From assembly GCF_000150275.1 (NCBI RefSeq), contig NW_002060963.1, positions 205,669 through 269,668 on the forward strand: 64,000 bases of DNA, given 5' to 3'. Positions within the stretch are counted from its first letter, which is position 1, and each line of letters begins with the position of its first letter. This DNA comes from Trichoplax adhaerens. Taxonomy: Eukaryota; Animalia; Placozoa. Below the pieces are notes generated by a model. It saw only the letters and a list, made by a program, of their open reading frames with translations, did not search any database and was not told the origin of the DNA. Made by a program: the position numbers and the translations under genes. This document shows positions 30,139 through 52,530 of the stretch, one piece after another.

Positions 30139-32322
30139 ATAACCGAACATGATGTCAATGTGTTTTGAGAGGGAGAGCTAGGAAAGGAAAAATTGGCTCA
30201 GCGTATGATTACACCTGTCGAAGGTTCGACTTGATCCACCTATTCTATGCCAAAAGCTAGAGATAATCGCATTATTGCATACTGTCTACCGAGACTTTGA
30301 TCCATGTTGCCTCCTAATTTGTTGAATCGGAGTAAGCTATGGCAACTCGACCATGTAACAGTATTGTATTCGTTTAAAATCAACGCTTACGCCTTATACT
30401 CGTTATGCTGACAATTTACTCCAATGTCTGCAATTTGAAACCGATCCGACGCTTTAGCATGATCATTAAACATACCAATTCACTTGATTGTCATGAAGAC
30501 AAAATGTGAGTGTTACTTACCGCAATGGATATTTGCAAGATTGCCTTGAATTTCTTGTCGAGTATGTTTTAAAGTAGTGATACTATTGCGTGAAATACCA
30601 GATCAATTCCCCATCGAACAACTAGACAATCACTTTAGGTTGGTACTATGGAGGCTATGTTTGTAATTATTATACGGGTATTGAAGACGTAGCTTTGCTT
30701 GGACGTATTCTAGTTAAAATTGAAGTGAATTATTATTCAGTTTAGCAATACTGAGGGCAGGTCAAGGAGGGTTAATGATAGACAAATACAAATAATCAAT
30801 TTCAAAGATATGACTAAGCTATCATACGAGTATTTTAAGCCAGTTGTTTATAGTAAGATCCTAAATAGAACAGGCTATCCTCGGATTTTGATTGGAAGAC
30901 ACTAAGGCATACTTTGCCGTACATTATTACTGTCAGTCTACAATACTGCATCCATTTTATGACGTGATCGTATCACTAAATAAACAGTCTAAACGATATG
31001 GTTGGTGACTCTGTAAACAGCTTTTCATGCTACGGTAGTCTATCATTAAAGTTTAGCAAAGATAAGTTTACAGAAAGCTTACTGAGCAATGAGCAGCCCA
31101 GCCTTGTTGTATGATTCTTGTTGGCAACTGCCTTCAAAAGCCACAGGAACAAACAAATGTTGCGGATATACGGATATTTACACGTGCATATGTTAGTATA
31201 CACGCATCAAAAGAGATATAGTTTAATAATATCATGATGAAGTTAGTAATACATCAAAATCTATACAATCGGCTAATGAGAGTAATGTATATAAAATACG
31301 CATTACATGAAAGACGCATATAAAGCTTTAGTGCACAATTTCGCAATTATAAATAATTTTTTAATACAGCATATCAGTTGATTCTTAATTATGACATATG
31401 TTCTATAGATCTTGTGATAAAATTCGCATTTTTCGGACGTTGTTGGTCGATGCGTAAAGTAATGCACGATATTATCCATTCCTTTCTTATTTAAACAATT
31501 CGGTATGAGGTAATTCTTAACATTTTGCTATTAATAAAGCTCTAAATAAATGAATCAATAATTACTCTTAAATGGCTTTTACATACTAGACGTATACTAA
31601 TATCGTTTTAGGTAGACGAAAATTTACAAACGCCAATTTAAAGTTTATAATCAGGATTAATAGTACTATTAAATATATTTCATTGTTAGTTAGAGTCGCA
31701 TGAATGTTATGATCGGTTGTAATCCTGCCTATCTACAAGTATTTCGTCTGCAAAGTTGGTCCAAAGTATGCATACACATACATACACAATTATCAATGGT
31801 AAATTTAAATTATATGACATAAAGGATATGAATTTCGAAATGATTAAAGCAGCTATGCGTTTGGGCGAATGCGCAGTCCTTAAAACAAGCATTTTCTACT
31901 ACATAGACTACTGTAACTAACTATCAATAAATGCTGTGTTGGATCAAATTTTTCTTACTAATATTTTCATTTAACAACAAACAATGACAAAATTTTGCAA
32001 TATGGGTGAAATACATAATATCTTTGACTATCAGGCTATAAATAGAAATCGTATCACAATTTTTACGTCGGTATCGTACGTGACAGGTCCTGTAGCATTA
32101 ATCTAGAGATAACATTCAGAAATGATTCATTTCGCCTATAAAATGTGCAGGAATGTCTTGTAAATTCGTAGCAATAATGTTGTTAATATTCCATGATAAG
32201 TTTTGGTGATGTATCTAATATAACTGATATTAAAAATCCTTATAATAAAATCATAATAATATCGATACAGTCATTTACGCGATAAATTGGTAAAGTTGTT
32301 TCAATTTTAGGATCGTATTTAG

Positions 32323-39973
<7,651 letters not shown>

Positions 39974-40185
39974 TCTAATTGGAGGCGATTGTCGAGATGA
40001 GGATGATGATGGAAAAGGCCTATCGATTCATCAATCTTTTGCCTTTCCTATTGCATCAATTTAATACTATTGCTGGTTGGTAAAGCAGTCGACAAATGAG
40101 CAAGCAGTTGGGACAATCTCATCACCAGCCTCGGAGTCGACTCAGATAGAACGCGTGTTTTGGTCACTGAAGGTCTCCAGAACAC

Positions 40186-40445
40186 TGTGCGCTGTACAGT
40201 GTACAGTATAGCAGTGTATGGGACATTCATACTTTTCGGATGGTCTGTCAGTCTTCTCTGTCAGTCTAACGCGGTGGTCGAGTAACAGTACTGTATTTTA
40301 CAGTGCACAGTACAGCACAGACTGAGTACAATGTACAGTAGTAGTCGACTGTACTGTAAAGGTATTTTCCACAACTTGCCCGACTTGGCATCTGTTCCTG
40401 TCGAGCTCTTCATCTTTCTCGATCTGTTGCAAGACTACTGTACTT
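40186..40445. promoter_or_regulatory. (CAGTA/TACTG)n cluster between divergent ACAP-like and ZFYVE1 genes
   Basis: ctgtacagtgtacagtata...cagtactgta...cacagtacagcacag...tgtacagtagtagtcgactgtactgta. Confidence 0.5.
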
Positions 40446-41048
40446 ATAAAAAGGAAAAAACAAAAATACGGTAGTGGTCTAAAATCATCTCACTCATCTG
40501 TGCGAATTTTGAGCCAAAGATGAGTATGAAAGTGCTGGATGATGCTATACTCTGCACCTGTCGATACAATGCCGTCTCGATAAGAGACGACATCACCCAT
40601 GGCGATCGCGATGATTCTGTTACTCAGGTGCAGTGACATCATTTCTGCTTGCAATTTTCACTATCTGTGATACTCACTGTTTTCAACCGGCCGATGGTAA
40701 TACTGTACCATTGAGTCATTGAGTTGTCTATGGTGGCCGAGAATCGCTAGCAATAATAATGTCACCCATAATTGCCGACACTTAATTAATGACTACACCC
40801 TGAATACCACACAATAGTTTTACTTTACTGCTACAGTGGTAGAGCAATGTCAATAAATGAACATATGTAGGTAGCATGGACTACAACTGTCGACAACTGT
40901 ACGTAGGAAGAAACCCAAGGACACGGACTCTAATCCATGAACTGTTCCAGTACAAGAACATTACCAAATTAGTATAGTAGTATCAATGAATTCATGATAG
41001 TCCTGAGTTGCCCAGTAATCAATCTAATCATACACTTGGTCAAAATAG

Positions 41049-41069
41049 GTGTGTGTGTGTGTGTGTGTG
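41049..41069. repeat. (GT)n microsatellite
   Basis: Seen directly. Confidence 0.9.
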
Positions 41070-41647
41070 ATACTCTACTCTACTCGATGTTAACATGATT
41101 TTAGGATGGCGATGATTTTGCAGCAAGAATACCTAGACAGAGCGATATTGGCCATCCTATTTTCGCCTAGGTGACATTATCGCGTTAGGGCGTGGTCTTG
41201 TACAGGCTCTCTTTGTTCCATTTGTCTTCTATTGTTCGTGATTCATCGGCCATATATAAACCAGTCTGAAGGAGTGTGAGTATGGTGTATCATATAGCAC
41301 TAAATGTGAATATCGTATAATATAGAACGGGACGAGTGGGAATGAACAAGCCTAAATATCGTTCTCCATCCTGGACAATGGCTGAAGCAAGACCTACTGC
41401 GCATGCCATTGCGTCATGAACTTGTAATGCCATCCATCAAAATAAACATTTTTTTCTCCATAGTCAACAAAAAAGAAATTGCAGCCCAACGAGTCTATAG
41501 TATCACATCAGCTTCTACTCTTGCAAGTGATCCAAACAAGCTCTGAAATTATCCAACACTTGCTAATTCCACTGCTTTCACGGGTATCAATAATAATATT
41601 ATACGTCTCTACAAGTTCGAATTAAGAGAGAGAGAGGGGGTGAGACA

Positions 41648-44600
41648 ATGTCGTCTTGTATTATTCAAGACACCAATGGCCAAATGAAGGAAAAGATTGA
41701 AATGGATAAAGATGATCATAAAGGTAGGCGAAAAGGTGTTAACATGAAGAGCTTACCGTCTTGTAATAAAAATTATCATAGAGCATAGTGCAATCCTTTT
41801 CCGAGTGAAATTTCTCCATCCTATCCGTTTCACTAGATATCACCGATTCTCTTTTTTTCTGAGATCATTTTTTTCTCAATCGCTTGCATCTTACTTATCC
41901 ATCCAATCATTAATCTTTTTCATCATTCGCTGATTTTCTTCAAAATAACGTAAATAATGTTAAAAGATAACATTGCCAAGACGAAAGAGTGAGTGCTTTT
42001 CTTGTTTTCATATCCATAGATTCAATCTAAAATTGTTCAATGAATAGCAAAATGATTGTTGCTTTGCGACACTGCCGACTAAGCTAGGTTGTTTAGGGTT
42101 TTATAAACTAACATTATCTTATCTTTCTATGACAACTTTATCATTCAATCGAGCTAGACCGATTTTCTTACCTCAATAAATAGTGTTCAATACAGTAGCA
42201 GGCTAAACCACTCTCTTTTCGTCGGCTAATCATGGACTTGTATTATACAATCGATCAGACATGTTATTTCAACACTTGACGTATGTTGATTACTGCAGTG
42301 TAAAACATCTCTTCAGTGCATCACAAATTTTCTACATTTTGGTTATCCTATCAGATAACAGCAAGTGCAATATACCGTAATTTGCAGTAATAGATAGCTT
42401 ATAACAAGAATAAAACACAGCAACAACATGTACACTTTACTGCTGCATCGCTGTATCTACGTTGGTATACAGTAGATCAAATCAGCAATTTGCAATAGTA
42501 TCGAGAAAATACGTATTCCATCAAAGCAGACGCTATCACTTTTGACCTTCCATATGATAATAGATTGACAAAAATGGTTCGAGTTTTGGCATGATTATAC
42601 CCTAGCTATTATTAGTCAGCACATTTCATGATGATACTGTAGTATCTCATCGAGTTATTAATTGCATGTCTGTATCACAATTCATACTTTGTTGGATTTG
42701 TAATAAAAGTCCAGTCATATCAAGTTGCTTCAGGTGGGTTTATTTTGGTTTTTTTTCATATACTACTTCGTAGTTATCCTACAGTAACTGTAGCTAAAAA
42801 AGCATATCATACCGTTATAATCATCGTGAGGAAATGTTACAATGTTGGGTGATTGTCAGTATTATCCGTAAAAATGTTTCGTTGTTAGACGGAAGAAGAG
42901 AGACTCTATTATTAAAAAGGTTATGAAACAGCAATTCCAATTCCTATTATAGATCATAATGAAATGGTGACTAACTACTAAACAATATATTGTCAATAAC
43001 TCAAAAGCAGCGGTATTTACAAATCAGGGTCGTTATAGTTTATGTACAACGAAGAAAAAAGAAAATATGAAAGAAATTATATTTGTACAATATCCTATTG
43101 CAGTATATATACTGTATATATATTTTCTCTTATCTTGGCATACATTAAAAATGTTAATATAATTATCCAGTATTGTCTTGAGCTCATCAATGTACTAAGA
43201 ATTTATTTATACTAACTTGGGATTTTTTAGAATCTAATCATGTAAAGGAAGATCTTAATATCCTCTGTCAAGCGGATCCTGTTTCAAATACAATAAATAG
43301 TTTTCTCTTGCTTGATGGTTCGGAAGAATTACAGGTAAAAAGAATAATTTACTTATTCGAGCTTACATTAGCGCACATGATTTCAGACATACAGTATTTG
43401 ATTTAGTATTCATCAATACATCGAGACCAAAGCAATAGCAACGCACGATAAACACACGCAAATAGAATAATCGTATACCTGTGGTACCGTAGTATATTTG
43501 TAGTTACTAACATGTTATGCAATAATGAATGATCAGTACAGTAATTCATTAACCTCAAGGAGCCCTACTTTATCATCCTTAACCTTAACATGGCTACAAT
43601 ACAGAATATGAAATCAGACTTACCTCGATTGCTGACCTTGCTCAAATCTGCTAAATGGTGATATCATTGTCACCGTTATGGCAGATGGAATTTGATGAAC
43701 TAATAAATACTCTAAGTTATAGAAAAATCGCTGAAATCACTTCAAAACAAGATACTGTTTCTATTCTAATCTGTTCATTCATATTCAGGTGCCTAATGAT
43801 AAAGAATTTTTAGATAAACTCAGTTGTTACGATAACTGTAATGTCAAGGTTGTATCTATCATTGGTAATACTGGTGATGGCAAATCTTACACCTTGAATC
43901 AAACATTTTTTGATGGTCAACAAGTCTTTGCAACATCTGCAGATCAAGATAGCTGTACTATTGGTGTATGGGCAGCACTTTGTCGACCACTGCGTACTAT
44001 CATACTCGATACTGAAGGGATGTTAGGTTGTAAAAGTGATGAAAATCAACGAATGAGATTATTAATGAAAGGTACAAGAACGATGTCTTCATCAATTAAT
44101 CGCAGTGTATTTTAATCCATTTTTTCCTATAGTAGTTCTACATATTAGGTAGCTGCAGCAATAAGGTTGTAGAATAGAAACCATGGTCTACTCTATGCCA
44201 TAATTTCAGTTTATAAAAATCTTGTCTAACGATACTTAAGGACATCTTAATATATTTGTTGATAGCGAATGCTTACTGTATTATACTATATGTTTATATT
44301 TTATTTATAGTTCTAGCGATATCCGATGTCGTTATTTATCGCACACGATCACATCGATTACATCGAGATATGTACAAATTTATCGGTCATGCATCAAAAA
44401 GTTACTTAAGATATTTTGCTTCCGAGTTGGAGCAAATTACCAATCGTTGCCATTTGAAAGGTTCTGTGTCTACACTTGGGCCTGCAGTGATTATTTTCCA
44501 TGATACTCGTAACACTGACTTATTGGGATATGGTAAATATCATTCAATAAACTGACTATAGCTAAATCTGCGGAGATATTACGCTCATAGTTTGCATAAG

Positions 44601-47169
44601 ATAGACAACCATTTTTAAAATAGTTAACAAGTAAAGTAGTCGCTGAATTTCACTTTCTCTGTTGATCGCTAATGTTATGATACTTCCCAAAGGAAATTCC
44701 AAGACAGCTAATGAAAAATTACGAGAGGCTTTTTTGGATGTGGGTTGTATGCCACAAGCATTTAGCAATATCGAATACGTTGGTAGTAAATGCGCTGGTC
44801 CTGAAGATAATCCAGATTTTTTAAAGTTGCGCAATGCTATTCAGAACCATCTAGAAAATAATTCGATACGCTCTCCAAGATGTGGCCAAGTTATATACAA
44901 AACTCTAAAGGTAATGATCGTATTAATCTACATTAAAGGCGTATTAATATCTAATTTTATAGTAGTGAAAGTTTGATGGCATGATACAATTATCACTGAT
45001 ACTTTTATGTTTGATTGAATTATGTTTGGTTAGCAATTTACGATGAGAAAGAATTTAAATCAATTTAATTGTATTCAATCTCCTAATTTAATAAATTTTT
45101 AATATTAAATATCGTATATTTAGTTAGATGAGGTTAGGGATATCTATCGTGTCTAACCGAAATATATCTGTTTTTAAATGTAGGCTCTCAATGAAAAATT
45201 TGGTGGAGAAATTGAGTATACCGTCCCAGATACATTTCCTGACGCATATTTTACTTGTAATAGTACGTGCTTATCTTGCGGGTAAGAAACGGTGCTATTA
45301 TACGTATTTGCGAACAAATTAGTGAAAATTAATTCTAAATGAATACCATTGCCATCAATGTGATTTAGCATCATTACTTCGTATTTATAGCTAAATGCTT
45401 ATATTAAATGAATGCTATTATCGTAAATGTGATTCAGCGTCATTACTTCCTGTAGCACTTATTATACCGTACTTGCTATTGCTAATATGCAACACATCGA
45501 TATCTGTATTCTTCCTTTGGATTAATATAACGTTTTCAATTCGCTTCTATAAGCTAATATTCAACCATAATGTATTTAGTACACGATGTGATATGACCAT
45601 GAATCATATCAAGGACGATATACCGCACTCTTCCTCAAATAAACACTGCAAGTTTCAACATCAATTCATGAATAAAGTTTATTTATGTCTGGTAAGTGAA
45701 ATGAATTCTTAAATAGTAGAATCCTGAAAATAAATTTATACTGCGAATTTGAAAGGTTTGCCATGAACGTGGTGAAGATATGATCGTGGAACCGAAATTA
45801 ATTGAGTCAGCAGAATCAAAATGGCTCGGATACGCACAGTATCTATGGTCAGGGTTAGTGTGCATCATTTCGTACTGTTCGTTATGTGTGTTCTCAAATT
45901 GTGCTTATTAGAACAAAATGGAATATACAAAGTAGCTTTATTGCTTATACAAATAGTACCCTAACTTTATGTTTAATGGCATATCATTCATAGGTCGTAG
46001 ATTAAGACTGATTATGACAACCTAGTCAATGAAATTATTTATTATATTATATCGGCTTAGGTATATTCTGGAATGTCCAAATTGCGGTATTATTTATCGT
46101 AGCCGTCAGTACTGGTACGGAAATAAAGCCCCAGCAGAAGAAGCCAAAGTGATAAGAACTGAAATTCGACATGTTTGGCCTGGTGTAAGCAAACCTTTAA
46201 ATCTTTATTTGAAACTATTTCCCCATGCAATATAGTAACTGTACGGTAGATACAAATAAAGGATTTACTTTAATTCTTAGTTGCTTGCATAGCTCACTTA
46301 CTGATTAACTAACTTATACTCCACTCTTATCGTTACTCAGTCAGAAATTAGCAAAGCAGATTACGGTAACACTGCTCGGAGACTATTAGACAGTTTATCA
46401 AATATTGCTGACTCAGTTCGAGAAGCTAGCGCTAAGCCTAAGAAAATAGTTTCGGATTGGGTAGCAGATTCAATCGCACCTTCATACTGGGTTCCAAATT
46501 CTGAAATAAACGTAAGCAATTGTATAGAGATATATTTCAGAGCGTAGAAATTAGCTGCTTAACTCTAAATCTTAACTTTTAATATAGTGTTGTAAGGCTT
46601 GCCAATGTAGTATCTCTGGCGATAATAAAATCCATCATTGTCGATGTTGCGGTGAAGGATTTTGCGATGATTGTTCAGCAAATGAAATGCCCGTACCATG
46701 GCGTGGATGGGGCCAAATACCAGTTAGAGTTTGCCAGTCCTGCTTTAGCTCTTATAAAGATTTAAATCATTCGATATCTAAAAAAAATGATGAAACTCAA
46801 TCTATCCCCCGCAATGATACAGTTGTAAATGGCAAGCATGATAAAAGCAAGGGATTGACAGCGCGCAAAGTTGGCGAAGGTGTTGCATCAGTTATAGGAG
46901 CTATTACGAATGCCATGGAATATCCGCGTGGCTATGTTGTAGATATTGTTCGACCTGAATATTGGGTACCTGACCAAGATATTCGTCAATGTAATCAATG
47001 TCAAATCATATTTGCTTCCAATATGACGAAACATCACTGTAGAAAATGTGGTCATGGCTTCTGTGATACTTGTACAAAAACTAAATTGTCAGTTCCATCG
47101 CGTGGTTGGGAATATCCAGTTCGTGTCTGTGATAACTGTGCAAAAATTTTACAATCTGAAAATGTTTAA
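41648..47169 (+). CDS. ZFYVE1: ZFYVE1/DFCP1 (P-loop NTPase plus two FYVE fingers); first exon (41648-41723) tentative, confident from 43231
   Basis: SFLLLDGSEELQ|VPNDKEF...KVVSIIGNTGDGKSYTLN (Walker A)...SCTIGVWAA...DTEGMLG; VLAISDVVIYRT; YILECPNCGIIYRSRQYWYGN; two FYVE domains (WVPNSE..HHCRCCGEGFC, and WVPDQD..TKHHCRKCGHGFC..RVC). Confidence 0.93.
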
Positions 47170-48876
47170 TTTGCAATGACATATATCTCTTGGTAAATTT
47201 TATATAATAGCAAAAGAATGTCTTTTAGCTTAGTTATGTTGTACTATAAACTCTACTGTGTAAAATAATGTAAGAAAAAAAAACATCTGTATCTATCTAT
47301 CTACAAATTCTACATTAAAAAAGATTTGTATCGGCAGTAATATCATAATACACTTAAACCAATTTCCAAGACCTTGTAGTATCTGTCATGAGATCTTATC
47401 AACCTAAACATCCTTAAATTATTATACAGTAAGAAATGTTATTGATATCTTATTATTGCTTTCCACGCATATAAAATAGCGCTGAATCTATTATGGGCTA
47501 ACAGCGGGGATATTACCTTCATTTTCCAATGCTGCCATGTATGATCTCGATTAATGAATTGTTACTATGGTTTCTTATATTGTACCTACTCGTATACAGT
47601 AACCTTGACTGGAGTTGATTACAATTGATATAATAGTAAACATGAACTAGTACTAAAGTGCTGTCATTGTGATTCTATTTCTGTTAAAAGGACTATCTTG
47701 TTATAATTTAAAGGCTATGGTTAGTAGGAAATATCTCTTGAGTGTAAATTACGAATTTATTTATTGTATGCAGTATTTATGCTGACGGTGTGGAGTTATA
47801 TTGCGTCACGTTGTCAATAAATGACTATTTACCTGATTTATCGATCTATAAGCTACAATATAAAAAACAGTAAACACACATGTTTATGACATTTATATAA
47901 TTACTATTAAATTCTTAATCAAAGTGTCATAATTGCTATATGGACGATTTCTAAAGTTATTAAATCTGCTAAAAATCTCTGTCGATGGATACATGGGTTA
48001 ATGAATACGGTAATTTTCATTTAATAAGGTATGCTATACTGTGTCATAGTATTACTTTCATTTGTAATCTATCAAATATCTTTCAAAGCGATGTCAAAAG
48101 CAACCCCTATTTAGCTTTATATGAGGTCACTGATACTATAAAGATTTATTGATGTTAGTCCAATAGATGTGTGTGCGGATCACATTGTCTCATATCAAGA
48201 ATTGCGGACATCTTAAGTGATAGTATGGAATACCGTTAACAAATTTGCTACAGGCTTCCGTTTTATTAAATATTCTGAATAGTAACGCTTTCGGTTTGTC
48301 AGGCTATTATTATAATATTAATCGTCCATCTTAAGAATTTCATAGATATTGAAAAGTCAAGTTAGCCTTTATAAAATTGTGTAATATGAATCATCACATT
48401 CTACCGATGCTTATCAAAAACAATATTATTAATAATATAGCAATTATGTATGAAAATCTTATGTATTATGCACATCAATCAACTAATTACCGAAAAAAAC
48501 GAGTTTTGATTCCATATTGGAAGTATAATATGATTAAACTAAAATATAGTATACGACAACTTAAGTGTACTTAAATATTGTAGTACTGTATGCTGGCTGA
48601 TGTACATACGAGTAAAAGCTTTCTTGTATTAGATTTCACAATCGCGCTCCGTGTTTGCAAGATTAGGCATTATATCACGGATATAAATTATCTCCTGCAT
48701 TTATGCGTTTTGTTGACATAAGAAGTAGTAAAATATAGTAGCTACAATTTATTTCTTAAAACGATCAACAGATTAAAATTATATAACGGATTTGATATTA
48801 GTAATATATTATTACAGTTACTTACAAGAATAATAAATACTTTTTCTTTCCTACATCTAAAATGATGTAATAATCG

Positions 48877-51800
48877 TCATAATAATAACTTGCAAGATCT
48901 CAACGTGGACACATTCTCAGTTAGACAACTAGACATCATTAAAATTGGTAAACCGTTGTCTCTGTCTCTCGAGTGAGAGTAGCAAATTAAGTGAGGTTCC
49001 AGTGGTATACATTTGTCAGGCAAAAAGCTATACAACTCTTCTCCATTATTTAGATTCCATCCACGAACTGCAAAGTCTTTTCCTACTGCTCATTTTTATA
49101 CACAGACACAGTACGGTCAGTGACAAAATCCTAATTCATACCAAACACCTTTGCACGCTAATTAATAGTTATCCAATTACCTGAAGAGACCACACTTTCA
49201 GTGTTATCTAAATCAAACGTTTGATTCATGAAATACGTATCACACCCATGTGACATTGCTATTACGCAACTACGTGTTCTCATATCCCATAACTTGATCT
49301 AAATAGGAAGAAGTCAGAGATATTGTTTTAACATCAAGGAGTATGCAAATGATCTAATAATGCTACAAAAGTAGATAGGTCACTAACTTGCCCATCGACG
49401 GACGATGATAATACATAATTGTTATCATTCAGAAGTTTAATTTTAGATACAGATGATTCATGTTTAACGTGTGACACAACAACGTTTGCTTGCCGAAGGT
49501 CTGAAATTTGTACGACGCCACCGCGGGTACCGTTGTAAATTATGGGATCCTATTGAGATCAGAGTTGAAATGTAACATTACAATAAATAGTATATTAATG
49601 AACATGCTTCATGTCATGGTCATGATAACCCGATGGAATTTCTAATGACCAAAAGCTTAAAGACTTGATTACCAACATCAAATAGGTAATACATATCATA
49701 TAGTATTATAATAGCAATTTAGCAATTGCTATGATAGTATACCGACATCAATTCAATATTTGCTACCTGCATTGAAAGTGCTTGTGAAAATACATCACTT
49801 TCGTTAAATATCGGAATGGAAATTTTTTTATTACTTTCAATATTTAACATCATAGCCTCTCCAGAAGCTCCTAATAAAGACGAGCAGTGATAAAATATCG
49901 AGTTCCATTAGATAAGCTTTCCATGTAGCAAACTTAAATAGCGTATTCAATCAAGTGTAATATTTAATAAATGATCCTACCAACGCTGATAAAATCACAG
50001 AATCGGAAATGAGGACAGGCTGAGCAGCACCAAATGGAGCGTTTAGCAAACTGATATATCACATCAGCTATTGTGACGAAGATTTAAAAATACTGTGTTA
50101 GTTAAACAAGTTAAGACTTAATTTAAGCAATCTACTGTCAATGTTGCTACTATCGGTAGTATTGGTGGTATCACTAGGAATGCAATAAATATTGCAGCAG
50201 CAGAAATGATATTTATGCAGTAGAGTTTGCGTCGTAATTGTACATATTACTCACCGTGAATATCGTTAAAGTTATGTAGCCGAATACTACCAGTACAACT
50301 TGCATTACCTAAGTGAGATGCACTAAATATAATAGGAAGAATGTTGAGGAGAATATTTAAGTATCTCTTTCTCTAATAGTGTTCTGCAACTAAGGAAGTA
50401 GTTATAAAATGTAATAATAGTTTTTGGATACACTATGTCATATATGGAGCCAATTTTACTATCTTTACGTATCCAATCAACATGAGTCATTCTCGATAAC
50501 GATGAGGACACTTCAAAACACTCAAGGTAGTATTCATTTTCAATAGAATTGTTATAATTTTCTAGTACAGTGATAATTCGAAGCCTTTATAAACCAATTA
50601 CATAGTAAATAGAAGTAAGAATCATTTAATTATACTATTAAAAATGAAGCAAAACTCATTAAGGTAATAATTCTGCAGTTATTATTGCATACTGCTTACT
50701 TACAAGAATGGCCCATCATTGCCTCTGATCGTACTAAGAGCTGCGATTCGTCGGCAGACATTATCGGACTTAACATAAAGGTCAATCAAAAATTCTGGTC
50801 AAATATCGCAAACTAGATTAAAATATGTAGATATAAATAATGTTCCAGTCATGCGTTGATTTATCATGGCAATAAGCGTAAAAATTGGATATTAAAAACT
50901 ATGCAGATGTACTCAGTTCATGATTGAAATTATCCGATCATTATTTATAAAGCACACATGGCGGTAATACAGTGCTATAATTAGATTTATTAAATTAGTT
51001 TCGTTCATTAGCTTGATCCTAGGGTAAGTCCTTGAATTCAACATTTTACATTAACATACTTACAATCAACTTATAAACCGTCGTACTATTCCAGGTGGCC
51101 AAATTAGACAAATGTAGATAATCTGGCATAGCACGGCGTGCTATAGTCTTTGCAGTGTGCTGAGGTTGTTGAGGAAATAGTTGCCTCTGGCATATATGGC
51201 GAATCACATCATTATTTGCTTTCTATTGGGGTAATAATATATATGTAATTAAGGGCTAACCTCATTCAGGGATATTTACATTTAAATACGCCTATAAGGT
51301 ATGATGTACTATTTTGCAGAAGGACGAGCACTTGGCTAAAATTTTACTATTTGAATGAAGATAATAATCTTACGCGTTTCCAATGAAGCAATGGCAAGAA
51401 TTGATTTTGGTACCGTTTCTCATAACTTGTTTGTTGCTTGTTAATAGCGATTGAATCCAAGGTAATTGGGTTGTACCGATTATGCCCAGGGGTGACTCGA
51501 AAGTAACGTTTCTTATCTGGGTCGAAATAAAACCCTGGAATTTTTACTAAAGAGTTAAGGATTTTACTATAATCGATATGATGGAAATGTTCATCTAAGA
51601 TGATGTACAATTTCATTTATTCTTTACGCGTTACTAACATCAATTCTGCAGCACTGTGCATTGCAATATTTCTATCACCATCAAAACACTGTTTGTTTAC
51701 TACGAACACTGTCTAGTAAAGACTAATATGATAACATTTCATTAATGTACAGGTACGAGGTCGAACGAGCCATCCATCACTGATATGCAAGACATACACG

Positions 51801-52026
51801 GGCTATCTAGCTATTCATTTGTCTTTACTATAGTGTGCAACGTTACTCGCTTAAAGTACTGCTGAATGTGAGATTTGCTTGCAAATACTCGTTGATACAA
51901 ATACACTACTTACTGTGGTAAACGAATATAATTACAATAGATACAGTAGGAAATATGCACCAACAGAGATCGATTGGTGATATACTGTATTGATTCATTA
52001 TTAAGGATATCTGGATTGTTGCTCAT
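48877..52026 (-). CDS. DCAF4: DDB1- and CUL4-associated factor 4 (WDR21), WD40 protein; multi-exon, first coding exon 52011-52026
   Basis: MSNNP|EIPGFYFDPDKKRYFRVTPGHNRYNPIT matches the DCAF4 N-terminal motif (PELPGFYFDPEKKRYFR..PGHN..NP.T). DWD-type IKLWDMR is present. Last exon VGKDFAVRGWNL...*, stop at 48877-48879. Confidence 0.88.
51544..52010 (-). other. U12-type intron 1 of DCAF4, non-canonical AT-AA (alternative AT-AG ending at 51547)
   Basis: Minus-strand donor ATATCCTTAA (52010-52001) and consensus branch TCCTTAAC (51561-51554). No AC follows within the usual distance. Confidence 0.8.
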
Positions 52027-52359
52027 TGGACCGGCAGTCTTGAACGAGTTTTACACCAGATTCAGATTGAATTGACAACAAGTCTTCCTCTACAACAAGC
52101 TTGATATCATTTCTGAGGTCGCTGTCTTTGCAAAAGTTGTACTGTTTGATACTATAATCAAGACGATTATACAATATACAGCAGCAGTAAACAGAACGAT
52201 TTAATTGACGCTCCTTGTCATCTTTATGGTATCCACTGGTTATGCCTGTCAAAGTTACAGAATATTCCTAAACATTACTTACAGTAGACTTAAGTAAAGC
52301 CAATGTAGTTGCAGCTCGTTGCAGCCGTTGAAAAAGCAAAGCTCTTCCTCTCTTGTACT

Positions 52360-52530
52360 TGTAGTACAGTACAGTATTCTACAATATACAGTACTATACT
52401 GTACAGTACAGTACTGTACATTACAGTACATTATACTGTGTGTCATCGAGTGTGGACGGAAAGGTGGATGGACGAGAAGCTTTAGTTAGGCCGTTCGCAT
52501 ATTACCAATACTGTGCACTGTACTGTACGT
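52360..52530. promoter_or_regulatory. (CAGTA/TACTG)n cluster upstream of DCAF4
   Basis: gtagtacagtacagtatt...ctgtacagtacagtactgtacattacagtaca...actgtgcactgtactgtac, about 350 bp 5' of the ATG. Confidence 0.5.

Noticed and set aside
52001-52252. 83-aa ORF as the DCAF4 N-terminus
   Set aside because: It has a non-ATG start. The ATG at 52026 in another frame, with the U12 donor, restores the conserved PE(I/L)PGFYF.
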